Origin: a plasmid
DNA: 38,247 bases
Reading direction: 5' to 3' (one strand)
Sequence record: NZ_CP077636.1
A program made the translations under genes and the position numbers. The notes beneath the pieces were generated by a model. It had not been told where the DNA came from. It did no database searches and saw only the letters and a program-made list of their open reading frames with translations. Positions 16,851 through 26,731 of the stretch are shown here, in pieces. Position 1 is the first letter of the stretch. The number at the start of each line of letters is the position of its first letter.

Positions 16851-18751
16851 ATGATAAGAAAATAACTCCTGCAAAATGGGTATTAATGTTTATAACTAGC
16901 ATTATTTTGGGAATAATTCTTTATTTATTAATGGTAAAAATTATTTTCAAACCTGATTTATTAGTAACACATCAAGTTGGCTTACAAATACTTCATAATT
17001 TAGGAAACCCTGCATTAAAACTTAAAGCTTATGTAGCAGTTTTTGCTCTCATTTTGCCTTTTATAGTCTGTTTGATTTGGTTTTTTATGCCACAAATGAA
17101 TTTAAAAGAAAATTACGGAAATGCAAGATTTGCCAAAGAAAAAGATTTTGAAGAAATGAATATTTGCAATGATAGGGGTTTAATTTTAGGTTGTAATATT
17201 AAAAAAGGTATAAAAGGCGATGAAATAGAATACATCAGAGCTAAAATGCCCCTAAGTGCGTTGGTGGTTGCACCACCAGGCACAGGTAAGACTTCAGGTA
17301 TCATTTTACCTAATTTATTTACAGTTCCTAATTCTACTTTAGCACTTGATATTAAAGGCGAACTTTATGCAAAAAGTGCAGGTTATAGAAAAAAATATTT
17401 TAATAATGAAATTTTATTATTTGAACCTTTTTCAGACAATAATACTTTATTTTTCAATCCTTTTGATAATTCTATAGTTAAAGATATGAATTTTATCCAA
17501 ATGATGAAATTAGCAGATCAAATCGCAGGAACTATATTTGTAGCTGAAAAAGGGAAAGAAGGCGATCATTGGGTTACAAGTGCGAAAACTCTTTTCACTT
17601 TTTTTGCATTATACAATATGCAAAAACACAAACATACGAGTTTAGGAGATTTAACTCAAGCTCCAAAAAAAGATTATTTTAATGAGTTAAATGAAGAATT
17701 CGGAAAAGAGTGTTTAATTGAAGATGAAGACACAGGAGAAGTTTCAAGAGATTATAATGTAGATACTTTCAAAGTATTTTTAAAACAAGTGGCTAATGAT
17801 GAAAATCTTGATGAGATCGTTAGAAATCAAGCAAGGGCTTATCAAACGGCTGCCGAGCAAGAATTTGCAAGTATTAAATCAACTTATGATACTTATATGA
17901 AAGTTTTCACTAATCCACAAGTGGCTAATGCAACTTCAAAAATGAATTTTAGATTTGAAGATTTAAGAGAAAAAAGAATTACTATGTATGTAGTAATACA
18001 AACCGAAGATATGGATATATTAGCTCCTTTGGTGCGTATTTTTATCGAAAGTTTATTTAAAAAACTAATGAGCGGACAAGAAAATTCTAATCCTGACAAA
18101 TTCATTTATTGCTTATTAGATGAATTTGTGAGATTTGGAAAAATGCCTTTTTTACTTGAAGCACCTGCATTATGTAGATCTTATGGACTTATTCCTGTAT
18201 TTGTAACTCAATCATACGAGCAAATTAGAAAATATTATGGTGAAGATGATTTAGGAATTATTAGAGCAAATGCAGGTTATCAGACTATTTTTAGAATGAA
18301 TACAGAAAAAGACGCTAAAGAAATTAGCGATCTAATCGGCGATTTTACCAGAGAAAAAACATCATCATCAAAAGGAACTTTTGATTTCTTTAAAAGTAAT
18401 AACACTGTATCCAAAGAAGGTTATAAATTGATAACTTCACAAGATATTAAAAATCAATCTAGTGAAGATATTTTGATTTTAGTAACAGGATTTTTATCAA
18501 GACCTATTAAAGCTAAAGTGCCTTATTGGTTTAAAAATCCAAAACTTAAAGGAGCGGATAAGATTTCTTTAGAAGATAATACTAATACGGAAGGAGAAAG
18601 CAAAAATACGGAAGGAGAAAGCAAAAATGATGAGATTAATAATGATGATAGCCAAAATGTTAATCAAGAACAAAACTTTACTCAAGAAAATTCAAGCTCT
18701 AAACAAATTTTCGAACTTGAAGAACTAGGAATAAAGGTAAAAAAAGAATAA
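16847..18751 (+). CDS. virD4: VirD4/TraG type IV coupling protein
   Basis: two N-terminal TM helices, Walker A 'VVAPPGTGKTSGI', Walker B 'YCLLDEF'; 634 aa; acidic repetitive C-terminal tail. Confidence 0.9.
   Translation: MNDKKITPAKWVLMFITSIILGIILYLLMVKIIFKPDLLVTHQVGLQILHNLGNPALKLKAYVAVFALILPFIVCLIWFFMPQMNLKENYGNARFAKEKDFEEMNICNDRGLILGCNIKKGIKGDEIEYIRAKMPLSALVVAPPGTGKTSGIILPNLFTVPNSTLALDIKGELYAKSAGYRKKYFNNEILLFEPFSDNNTLFFNPFDNSIVKDMNFIQMMKLADQIAGTIFVAEKGKEGDHWVTSAKTLFTFFALYNMQKHKHTSLGDLTQAPKKDYFNELNEEFGKECLIEDEDTGEVSRDYNVDTFKVFLKQVANDENLDEIVRNQARAYQTAAEQEFASIKSTYDTYMKVFTNPQVANATSKMNFRFEDLREKRITMYVVIQTEDMDILAPLVRIFIESLFKKLMSGQENSNPDKFIYCLLDEFVRFGKMPFLLEAPALCRSYGLIPVFVTQSYEQIRKYYGEDDLGIIRANAGYQTIFRMNTEKDAKEISDLIGDFTREKTSSSKGTFDFFKSNNTVSKEGYKLITSQDIKNQSSEDILILVTGFLSRPIKAKVPYWFKNPKLKGADKISLEDNTNTEGESKNTEGESKNDEINNDDSQNVNQEQNFTQENSSSKQIFELEELGIKVKKE
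18584..18625 (+). repeat. 21-bp perfect tandem duplication (aatacggaaggagaaagcaaa x2) inside virD4 C-terminal tail (TEGESKN x2)
   Basis: read directly. Confidence 0.85.
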
Positions 18752-18881
18752 AAAGAATAAAAATCAAAGGCTTAAAGCCTTTGATCTAAACTAAGTCTTC
18801 TAAAATAGAAGGTTTAGTTTAGGTTATAGTTGTTTAGAGAGTATGAAAAATTATAGCCTAAATACAAAAAAGGAGCAATAA

Positions 18882-19052
18882 ATGGCAAGCATAGAAGATA
18901 GCCTAAGAGAAAAAGAGTTGCAAAAAGCAAAAGATATTTTAGCTTTTTGTGAGTTAGAAGACGGAGAGTATCCAATTAGCAAAGAAGAAGCTAAAGAATT
19001 GGAATATCTTAAAACCAATGAAATGGAACAGTCTTCTTTAGAAAATGAGTAA
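18882..19052 (+). CDS. hypothetical small acidic protein (56 aa)
   Basis: RBS 'aaaaggagcaataaATG'; below ORF-track cutoff. Confidence 0.3.
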   Translation: MASIEDSLREKELQKAKDILAFCELEDGEYPISKEEAKELEYLKTNEMEQSSLENE

Positions 19053-19126
19053 ATCATTTTCATTTCATTTATGCGTATTGCAAAGCGTATAAATTAAGGA
19101 CTACATATTTTAAAAAGGAAAAAATT

Positions 19127-20008
19127 ATGGCAAGAAAAAAAGATGTGAATGCAGAAATTAAAGAAGTTGCAAACGAGCAAGTTAAGGATAATTCTTATAA
19201 AGCGTGGGACGAAAGAAGTAATGAAGAAAAAAAAGCGAGTATCAATGAATATTCTAAAGCAATTATTGCTAAAGCTATCAAAGAGAAAGCGACTTTTTGG
19301 GGCAAGGATATGTCTAAAAAAGATATAGATAATTCTATGCCTTATAACGCAAGTAAGGGTATCGCTTATACAGGACAAACTTCCGCCCTTTTAAGAGCGG
19401 TAAGCGAACTTAACGGCTACGAAAAACCTAGTTTTTTGACAATGAAACAAGCTAATTTTTTAGGGGGGACACTAAAAAAACAACTTGATGAAAACGGCAA
19501 GCCTGTTTTAACTAAAAGTGGAAAAGAAGCTTACGAACAAGGCGTAAAAATCGCTTTGCTAAAAACTGAAAGCTATGTTCCTAAATTAGATGAAAACGGA
19601 CAAACAATGACAAGAGCTATAAAAGATCAAAACGGTAATCAAAAAATAGGAAAAGATGGTAAGCCTATGTTTGAAATCGTAACGGAAAAGATTTATCATA
19701 AAACACCTATTTTAGAAACCGTTACTCTTTACCACACATCACAATTTGATAATCTTAAAATGGATAAACTCAAAGAAAGAGATTTGGAGAGTTTAGAAAA
19801 ATTAAGAGATAGTATTAAAAAATCAAATTATGATACAAGACCTAATATCAATAATTTAGGACTTGGAGAAAAGGTAACAAGAGATATCAACAACTTCTTA
19901 AATGCAGAACTTAAGGGGCTTGATTATTTTAAAATTCAAGACAGGGAAGTTACAAAAACCCAAACCAATGAGAAAGAACAAAACAAATCTCAAGGTAGGG
20001 GAATGTAA
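19127..20008 (+). CDS. ArdC N-terminal-domain (DUF1738-like) ssDNA-binding/antirestriction-like protein lacking an HExxH protease motif
   Basis: 'SELNGYEKPSFLTMKQANFLGGTLKK' resembles the ArdC-N signature (NGY..P.wlTfkQa..lGG.vrKGe). 293 aa. Confidence 0.5.
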   Translation: MARKKDVNAEIKEVANEQVKDNSYKAWDERSNEEKKASINEYSKAIIAKAIKEKATFWGKDMSKKDIDNSMPYNASKGIAYTGQTSALLRAVSELNGYEKPSFLTMKQANFLGGTLKKQLDENGKPVLTKSGKEAYEQGVKIALLKTESYVPKLDENGQTMTRAIKDQNGNQKIGKDGKPMFEIVTEKIYHKTPILETVTLYHTSQFDNLKMDKLKERDLESLEKLRDSIKKSNYDTRPNINNLGLGEKVTRDINNFLNAELKGLDYFKIQDREVTKTQTNEKEQNKSQGRGM

Positions 20009-20047
20009 TTAGGTTTAGTTTATTTTTTATGTGCTTTTATTGCTCTT

Positions 20048-20070
20048 CCCCTAAAAATTTTTTTTAGGGG
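20048..20070 (+). other. perfect 10-bp stem hairpin cccctaaaaa-ttt-tttttagggg downstream of ArdC-like gene (possible terminator), directly abutting the 62-bp element
   Basis: read directly; no U-run follows, so terminator function is uncertain. Confidence 0.3.
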
Positions 20071-20130
20071 AAAATTAAGCCAAAAGTCTTAATTTTTATG
20101 AGTTTAAGCGGGGACACCCCGCAACGCCCC
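20069..20130 (+). repeat. 62-bp GC-hairpin element, copy 2 (identical to 1192-1253)
   Basis: identical 62-mer; ends 20 nt before the start codon of ORF 20151. Confidence 0.8.
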
Positions 20131-20150
20131 AAAAGTTTTAAGGAGTATAA

Positions 20151-20420
20151 ATGTTAGGAGTTTTGGCAGAATTTATCAAGTTTTTAGGATTAAACAATGA
20201 AACTAATTTTACTAAAACAAGGACGGAAGAAAAAGAAGATGAGTTAAAAGAACTGATTGAATATGAAAATGATATGCCTAAATATTACGAAGAAAGTGAA
20301 ATTATAGATTTAGGAAATCAAAAAATAGAAGTTATCAAAAGTATTAAAATAAACCCTTTAGGTAAGGGTAAGGCTATAAAAACAAGTCAAATTAAAGAAC
20401 AAAGAATTATTAAATTTTAA
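20151..20420 (+). CDS. hypothetical protein
   Basis: 89 aa, RBS 'taaggagtataaATG'. Confidence 0.45.
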   Translation: MLGVLAEFIKFLGLNNETNFTKTRTEEKEDELKELIEYENDMPKYYEESEIIDLGNQKIEVIKSIKINPLGKGKAIKTSQIKEQRIIKF

Positions 20421-20429
20421 GGATTAAAA

Positions 20430-21578
20430 ATGGAAAAAACTACCATTGATAATAGTTGGTTAGACGCCTTACAAGGCACTATGCAAGACGCTTTAAAACC
20501 TTTATTTGAAAACATTTTTAATGGGATACAAGGGACTTTATATAACGGCGTAGCTTATACTATTATAGGTATTTGGGTAATGTTTTGGTGCTTGAATTTA
20601 CTTAAAAACGGCTATCCTAGCCGAGAAGAGCTTTTTAATGCAGGAAAATGGGTTTTAACCCTATGCTTTATATTTGGTATTTTTTATTCTTATGATGGAT
20701 ACACTACATTTTTAGGGTGGCTAATGATACCAGCACAATGGTTAAAATCAGCTACTGCAGGACTGATAGGGGGAAATGCAGACAGTTTTGGAAATCAAGT
20801 TACAAATGCTTTTAATTCTTTAAATGATATAATGGTTAGTTTATGGAATGAAGGGTGGAAAAGATGGAGTGGTTTGTTTAGTCCTGATACTTTTGCCGCC
20901 TTAGCTGTATTTGCAGGAATGTTTTGTTTTTGGTGTTTTTATATAGTTACTTTTTTTGTATTAGCAGGCGTTGCTTGTATTATTGTAAGTTCTACTTTTT
21001 TTGCAATGATTATTTTAAGTTTAGCTCCTGCAACCATACCGCTTTTATTTAGTAAAAAAACCGCACCTTATTTTTATTCTTGGCTTAAAATCTTTATTTC
21101 TTATTCTTTGTATGTGCCTGCAAGCTTTATCATACTTTCAATTTGTATGATACCCATACAAAAGGTGCAAGAATTAGGAAATATAAAACAAGTTTATGAT
21201 AATCAATTTGATAATTTTTTTGTACCTACTTTAATTTCATTAATTTGTATTTATCTTGTGGCAAAAATACCAAATTGGATCAGCCAAGTAATGGGAGTTC
21301 AAGGACTAGATGGTGGCGGAAGCGGTGGAGCTTTAGATATGGCAAAAAGTGCAGGTATGGCTACTACTTCATTTGGAGCAGGAACTTTAGCAAAAAGAAT
21401 GGCAGGTGGAAGCATAGGAGAAAGCTTAAAGCACGGAATAGCTAACGCTATTCCAGGCTCTCAAAGTCTTAGAAAAATGACAGGAGATCTAAAAGGACAA
21501 AATTCTCAAGCCAATTTAATTGATACAATGCAAGGATTGACTGATACTATCACAGGAGCAACTGCTAAGGCAGGTTAA
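20430..21578 (+). CDS. virB6: VirB6/TrbL-like polytopic T4SS inner-membrane protein with Gly-rich C-terminus
   Basis: 382 aa, at least 5 TM helices, Trp-rich loops, C-terminal G-rich tail (GLDGGGSGGALDMAKSAG...). Confidence 0.6.
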   Translation: MEKTTIDNSWLDALQGTMQDALKPLFENIFNGIQGTLYNGVAYTIIGIWVMFWCLNLLKNGYPSREELFNAGKWVLTLCFIFGIFYSYDGYTTFLGWLMIPAQWLKSATAGLIGGNADSFGNQVTNAFNSLNDIMVSLWNEGWKRWSGLFSPDTFAALAVFAGMFCFWCFYIVTFFVLAGVACIIVSSTFFAMIILSLAPATIPLLFSKKTAPYFYSWLKIFISYSLYVPASFIILSICMIPIQKVQELGNIKQVYDNQFDNFFVPTLISLICIYLVAKIPNWISQVMGVQGLDGGGSGGALDMAKSAGMATTSFGAGTLAKRMAGGSIGESLKHGIANAIPGSQSLRKMTGDLKGQNSQANLIDTMQGLTDTITGATAKAG

Positions 21579-21599
21579 AAAAGAAAAAAAGGAGAAAAA

Positions 21600-23429
21600 A
21601 TGGAAAATACAATTATTATTATAGAAAGTCCTAATAAAAGGGAAAAAATAGAAAAAATCACAGGGGCTAAGGTTTATGCTACCAAAGGGCATTTTAAAAG
21701 TTTAAGTAAAAACTTTTTAAAAGAATATGAAAACTACGAGCCTATTTTTGATTTTTCAAGCGATGAAACCAAAAAAAGAATGAATGCTATTTTTGCAGAT
21801 TGTAAGAATAAAGATGTGATTATAGCTACAGACCCTGATCGTGAAGGTTATGGTATAGCTTATTTATTTTATGAAGTGATAAAAAACATTGCTAAAAGTA
21901 TTAAAAGAGCAGAATTTCACGAAATTACAGAAAGTGGGATCAATAAAGGCTTGAAAAATGCTGTAGAGTTTTCAAAAAGTAATTTAAATGATTTTGAAGC
22001 ATTTAAAGCAAGAATTGTAGGCGATAAATTGGTGGGTTTTATAATGTCGCCTAAGTATATTAATAAAATGAATGATAAAAATATTTCTGTAGGAAGGGTG
22101 CAAACACCTGCTTTATCCTTAATTGTTGAAAGAGAAAAAGCCATACAAGATTTTTTAAACGATGATAATAATAAAAAACTAGATTATAAAATTAAAGCAA
22201 AATTAGAAAAAGATGGCATAGTTTTTTATGCAAATAATCCCAATCTTTATCCAAATAAAGAAGAAGCTTTAGAAAAAATAGAAAGTTTAAGGAGTAAAAA
22301 CGCAAAACTTTATACTATAGAAACTAAAAAAAGCGAAATAAAACCAGCACAGCCCTTTAGAACTTCACAATTTCAAGAAAAGGCTAATAAAATCTTTGGT
22401 TTTGCTCCTGATAAGTCAATGGCATTAGCTCAAAAACTCTTTGAAAAAGGATTAATTACTTATCATAGAACCGATAGTAATGCTTTGTCAGTTGAATTTT
22501 TAAATGAAGTTGAAGCTTTTTTTAAAGAAAAACAATGGTATCAAAAAAGAGAATATAAAGCAGGAGATCAAAGTCAAGCAGAAGCACACGAAGCTATAAG
22601 AATATCGCATTTACATAGCTTTGAAGATATAGAGAAAATTGCTAGAGAAGAAAATCTTAGTGATGATGAAAAAAATACCTATACTTTAATTTATTTAAAC
22701 TCAATACAAAGCCAAGCCAAAAATGCTATTAATGAAATTACAAGCTATGATTTTAACATAGGTATTTTAAGTTTTAAAACCAATATCAGCAAATGTATTG
22801 ATAAAGGTTTTAAAGGGGCTTTTGATTTTAAAGAAGAAGACGAAAAAGATGAAAAAGACGATACTCAAGAACTAGAGCTTAATATAAAAGAAGGCGAAGA
22901 AATACAAGTTTTAGATTTTGAATTAATTGAAGTTAAAAAACAAGCCCCAAGAAGATATAAAGAAAGCAATTTTATCTCCCTTTTGGAAAAAGAAGGCATA
23001 GGACGCCCTAGCACTTATGCAAGTTTTTTAAAAACTTTATTAGATAGAGAATATGTAGAATTAGCTACTAAAGGAAAAAACAAAGAAATAGTTGCAACTA
23101 AAAAAGGAATATCATTAATTGATTTTTTAAATGAAAACGATGATGAATGGATCACAAAATCAGAATTCACAAAACAAATGGAAGAAATTTTAGACACTAT
23201 TTCAAAAGGAAATTTGCAATATATCGATTTTATTAAACCTTTACATCAAAAAATGGAATTCATACACATTGATGATAGCGATCAAATAAGAAAACCTAGT
23301 GAAAAGCAAATAGCCTTTGCTGAAAAACTTGCTAAGGAAAATAACTTAGAATTACCAAAGGACTATAAAGAAAATATAAAAGTTTGTTCTTCTTTTATTG
23401 ATGAAGCAATAAAAAAGAATAAAAAATAA
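21600..23429 (+). CDS. type IA DNA topoisomerase (topoisomerase III/TraE-like)
   Basis: TOPRIM 'IIIIESPNK...ATKGH'; 'VGRVQTPALSLIVERE'; active-site Tyr motif 'GIGRPSTYASFL'; 609 aa. Confidence 0.9.
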   Translation: MENTIIIIESPNKREKIEKITGAKVYATKGHFKSLSKNFLKEYENYEPIFDFSSDETKKRMNAIFADCKNKDVIIATDPDREGYGIAYLFYEVIKNIAKSIKRAEFHEITESGINKGLKNAVEFSKSNLNDFEAFKARIVGDKLVGFIMSPKYINKMNDKNISVGRVQTPALSLIVEREKAIQDFLNDDNNKKLDYKIKAKLEKDGIVFYANNPNLYPNKEEALEKIESLRSKNAKLYTIETKKSEIKPAQPFRTSQFQEKANKIFGFAPDKSMALAQKLFEKGLITYHRTDSNALSVEFLNEVEAFFKEKQWYQKREYKAGDQSQAEAHEAIRISHLHSFEDIEKIAREENLSDDEKNTYTLIYLNSIQSQAKNAINEITSYDFNIGILSFKTNISKCIDKGFKGAFDFKEEDEKDEKDDTQELELNIKEGEEIQVLDFELIEVKKQAPRRYKESNFISLLEKEGIGRPSTYASFLKTLLDREYVELATKGKNKEIVATKKGISLIDFLNENDDEWITKSEFTKQMEEILDTISKGNLQYIDFIKPLHQKMEFIHIDDSDQIRKPSEKQIAFAEKLAKENNLELPKDYKENIKVCSSFIDEAIKKNKK

Positions 23430-23477
23430 GAAATTCTTTTTAAGCCCTTTTTTAAAACTAAAAAGAGCTTAAGATAA

Positions 23478-23640
23478 AAATAAAAAAAAGGGGGAAAATG
23501 TTTCGGTTTGGTGCAAAATGAGTTTAAAAAAACATATAAATAACCTATAAATAACCTATAAAAAAGGTATAGATTAAGTATAGATTAAGTATAAAAAATG
23601 TATAATTATAATAACAAAAACAAAAGACAAAGGCAAAAAG
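23478..23640 (+). promoter_or_regulatory. conserved promoter/operator/leader block, copy D (long form)
   Basis: aaaagggggaaaatgtttcggtttggtgcaaaatgagtttaaaaaaacatataaataacctataaataacctataaaaaaggtatagattaagtatagattaagtataaaaaatgtataattataataacaaaaacaaaagacaaaggcaaaaagATG. Confidence 0.65.
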
Positions 23641-24006
23641 ATGAGAATTGAATTTAGAAATAAAGATAATTCTTATTATATTAATGGGGTTAAGATTGAT
23701 GATGAAGCTTTGCAGTCAGAGAATTTAAATTATTATCTTACTCATAGAAAAGAGCATTTAGATTTTTTGATTTGTTTGTATGCGGATTTTTCAAAAAGTG
23801 AAGATCCGCTTTATTTAAAAGATTTGCCCCTAATCTTAAAAAATATTGTGAAACTAAGTCGCATTAATGATAAATATGTTTTTGTGTCAAATAGCTCGTC
23901 TAATTTGATTACAAAAAGTCTTAATGCCAATAAATATGAAGCTATGCTAAAAAAAATTTTAAGTGAAAATAGAATTTTTAAAGCAAAAAAACTAAAACTA
24001 TTTTAA
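23641..24006 (+). CDS. hypothetical protein
   Basis: 121 aa directly after block D leader. Confidence 0.55.
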   Translation: MRIEFRNKDNSYYINGVKIDDEALQSENLNYYLTHRKEHLDFLICLYADFSKSEDPLYLKDLPLILKNIVKLSRINDKYVFVSNSSSNLITKSLNANKYEAMLKKILSENRIFKAKKLKLF

Positions 24007-24021
24007 AAGGAGAATAAAAAA

Positions 24022-24483
24022 ATGAACCAAGTTAATTTATGCGGATATTTGGGAAAAGATTTTGAGTTGAAATATACTCCAAATAATGGCAGTGCTTTTG
24101 CAAAGACAACCTTAGCGGTTTCAGAAAATAGAAGAAACGAAAAAGGCGAATACGAAGCTTACACAAGTTGGATACCAATTATTTTGTTTGGGCGTAAAGC
24201 AGAAGTTGCTAATCAATATATAAAAAAAGGCGATCGTTTTTTAGGCACAGGAAAAATCGTTACTTCATCTTATACAGACCAATACGGTAATATCCGTTAT
24301 GGTTGGCAAGTAGTGATCTCTTCTTTTGAATTTATTGAGAAAAAAGCAGAACAAAATCAAGATTATAAAGGCAAACCACAACCAAATCAAATTACACCAC
24401 CAAAAGAAGCAGAAACTATGCAAAGCATAGATGAAAATCAAGCTGAGATTTATATGCAAGATGATGAAAATTTGCCCTTTTAA
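24022..24483 (+). CDS. ssb: single-stranded DNA-binding protein
   Basis: OB-fold N-terminus (LCGYLGKDFELKYTPNNGSAFAKTTLAV...W.PIILFGRKAE), Q/P-rich linker, acidic tail ending DDENLPF. Confidence 0.85.
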   Translation: MNQVNLCGYLGKDFELKYTPNNGSAFAKTTLAVSENRRNEKGEYEAYTSWIPIILFGRKAEVANQYIKKGDRFLGTGKIVTSSYTDQYGNIRYGWQVVISSFEFIEKKAEQNQDYKGKPQPNQITPPKEAETMQSIDENQAEIYMQDDENLPF

Positions 24484-24516
24484 ATAAAAAGGGCTTTTAA
24501 TTAAAAAAGGAAAAAA

Positions 24517-24852
24517 ATGACAATTAATCAGAAAACAGCAATCAGGATTAATCAAGATTTTAAAGAAAAATACAATCAACTATGGAGAAAAAATTGTCTT
24601 CTAAGAGAAAACGAAAAAAGATTAGAAAAGTTAAAACCACTAGAAGAAATTTTTATAAAAGTTTGCAATACAGTTCATAATTTGAGTTGGTTTTTTTATA
24701 ATGATTTAAAAAAGCAAGACGCTTATTACTCTTATTGCTTAAAAATTGCGTGTAAAGTTTATTCTGATGGTTTTAAAAGCGAGTATCAATTAAAAAAAAT
24801 GATTAAACAAGAAATTAAAAAAGATATAGAAATCCGAAAGCAAAGTATTTAA
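24517..24852 (+). CDS. hypothetical protein
   Basis: 111 aa, RBS 'aaaaggaaaaaaATG'. Confidence 0.45.
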   Translation: MTINQKTAIRINQDFKEKYNQLWRKNCLLRENEKRLEKLKPLEEIFIKVCNTVHNLSWFFYNDLKKQDAYYSYCLKIACKVYSDGFKSEYQLKKMIKQEIKKDIEIRKQSI

Positions 24853-24906
24853 AAGGAAAAAAATGTTTTCTTTAATTTTTAATGTAGATCAACAAAGGAA
24901 AAGAAA

Positions 24907-25449
24907 ATGAATAACAAAAGAAAAGTTAGGGAATATCTGTCTTATACGGAGAAATATCTGTCTTATGTATTATTTATTTGTATAGGTTCTTGTTTCGTTG
25001 CTTTAATGCTAAGTGCGGTCATTGATAGTGATTTTTACTCACTTTTTATTATTTTATTTTTAACAACTACGGTTAGTCCTCTTATTTGTATCGGGTTGGT
25101 TAAAGCAAACAAAGAAAAATTTTTAAAAGAGTGTGAAATCAAAGAAGCGGAAATAAGAATGGAAATTCTTGAAAAGCGTAAGAATGATTTGCTTAAACAA
25201 AGAGAAGAGTTCCTCAATTCTATTTTGAGTCAAGCTTGTTTTGCTGAGCTGACTGAAGAGAGATATTTAGAACTAATTAATAATTATGAAAATCTAAATG
25301 AATGCAATAAAGCAGATTTATATGGGATATTAAGAAGAGCTTATAATCTTAATTCGATGGTAGGACATCTTAAGTGCCTTGATAAAAGTATTAATGAATT
25401 AGAAGAAGAGAAGGATAAACAAGTTGAAATATTAAAAAGAAAAAAATAA
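24907..25449 (+). CDS. hypothetical membrane-anchored coiled-coil protein
   Basis: two N-terminal TM helices then coiled-coil; 180 aa. Confidence 0.45.
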   Translation: MNNKRKVREYLSYTEKYLSYVLFICIGSCFVALMLSAVIDSDFYSLFIILFLTTTVSPLICIGLVKANKEKFLKECEIKEAEIRMEILEKRKNDLLKQREEFLNSILSQACFAELTEERYLELINNYENLNECNKADLYGILRRAYNLNSMVGHLKCLDKSINELEEEKDKQVEILKRKK

Positions 25450-25513
25450 ATTAAATTCACACATAAAACTTTTGCATAAAAAATTTTAGTTAGCAAGAAA
25501 AAAAGGAGTTAAA

Positions 25514-25867
25514 ATGCTATTTTTTGGAGTTTATACATTATTTATATCTATTTTGTTATCTATTTTGTTATCTATTGAAAGTCTAATTCCGTCAAAATAT
25601 AATTATGAAAAACAATTAGTTAATGTGATTTTAAAACCTATACTTCTTCTTTTGTATGGTGTAGGTTTGATATTTTTGTTCTTCAACACAGAAGTAGCTA
25701 ACTCATTAGCAGTTGAAATAATTAATCGAATTAATCGTTTTCGGATAATAGAGAGTTTTCTTTCTTCTAAAGAAATAGGGCTTTATATTTTAGCTTTTAT
25801 TATTTTGTTACAAGTAGTATTTATATTTTGGGCAGTTTATAAAGGATTTATAGAAAATGAATTATAA
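25514..25867 (+). CDS. hypothetical membrane protein
   Basis: 117 aa, 3 TM; preceded by the 45-bp sequence ttttgcataaaaaattttagttagcaagaaaaaaaggagttaaaATG also found at 27888-27938. Confidence 0.45.
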   Translation: MLFFGVYTLFISILLSILLSIESLIPSKYNYEKQLVNVILKPILLLLYGVGLIFLFFNTEVANSLAVEIINRINRFRIIESFLSSKEIGLYILAFIILLQVVFIFWAVYKGFIENEL

Positions 25868-26327
25868 AAAATTTCAAACAATGAGCAAAGAAGAATATTT
25901 TAAAAAATATAATGTCGGAATTAGGTTTTTGTTTGGGTGCGATCTCAATCAAAAAAATGAAACTGAGATGATAAGTCTTAGAGTTTTTTTGCCAAAGAAA
26001 CACTTTCAAGAATACAAAAACATTGATATTTTTAAAACAATGGACTTGTTTAAAGAAACGCTATTGTTTAAAGGATTAACAGAACAAAGCATTAAGATTG
26101 ATTTTGAAAAAAGAGAATTTGTAATGCCTGATTTTTTTATTATAAACGATATAGAAATCATTCCTTATTTTACGCAAGGTGGCGAAAAAGAAGAAGAATT
26201 AAGCAAAGAGAAATTTTTTGAACTTTTAAAGCAAAACAAGATTAAAGAATTAAACTATTTATGTTTTTTGTTTTTTGGCTTGTTTTGTGAAGAAGAGTAT
26301 AAATATTTTTGCAAAGCAAAGGAGTAA
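25857..26327 (+). CDS. hypothetical protein, paralog of 27417..27911
   Basis: shared blocks ...F.ET.FFK.L.(E/D)QSIKIDFE...DF..PDFF......I.IIPYF..G..E.LS...FF..LK..K.KEL.... Confidence 0.5.
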   Translation: MNYKKFQTMSKEEYFKKYNVGIRFLFGCDLNQKNETEMISLRVFLPKKHFQEYKNIDIFKTMDLFKETLLFKGLTEQSIKIDFEKREFVMPDFFIINDIEIIPYFTQGGEKEEELSKEKFFELLKQNKIKELNYLCFLFFGLFCEEEYKYFCKAKE

Positions 26328-26329
26328 AA

Positions 26330-26731
26330 ATGAAACTACAAGATTTTGATTTTAGAGTTTGGGATAAGCATCACAAGGGTTGTGGTAATAAGGATTGCAA
26401 ATGCCAAACAAAATATGTTTATGGTGAAGAAGCCAAAACAAGGTTATCTGAGTTTAAAGAGGATTGTGAAATAGAGCTTTTTACAGGGCTTTATGACAAG
26501 AAAGGTAAAAAAGTATACGAGAATGATATTGTTAAAGTTAAAAGTCTATACGATTACTTTTTAGCAAAAATCAGCATTCACAAAGAAGGGACTTTTTATT
26601 TTGAAGGAAAAAATGGAGATTACATAGGCTCTTTAATTTATTTAGTTGAAGATGAAGGATATACTATTGAAACTATCGGCAATATCCACGAGAATGAAGA
26701 AATCTTAAAAAATACGGAGTTGCTAAAGTGA
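26330..26731 (+). CDS. hypothetical Cys-rich (zinc-binding?) protein; likely true start at ATG 26330 after RBS aaggagtaaaaATG
   Basis: HHKGCGNKDCKCQ motif; C-terminal 20 aa (IGNIHENEEILKNTELLK) identical to end of ORF 28560..28817. Confidence 0.45.
   Translation: MKLQDFDFRVWDKHHKGCGNKDCKCQTKYVYGEEAKTRLSEFKEDCEIELFTGLYDKKGKKVYENDIVKVKSLYDYFLAKISIHKEGTFYFEGKNGDYIGSLIYLVEDEGYTIETIGNIHENEEILKNTELLK

Noticed and set aside
21245-21445. 66-aa R/W/K-rich ORF in alternative frame inside virB6
   Set aside because: Generated by the Gly-codon-rich (GGN) segment of virB6 read out of frame; no independent start signals.
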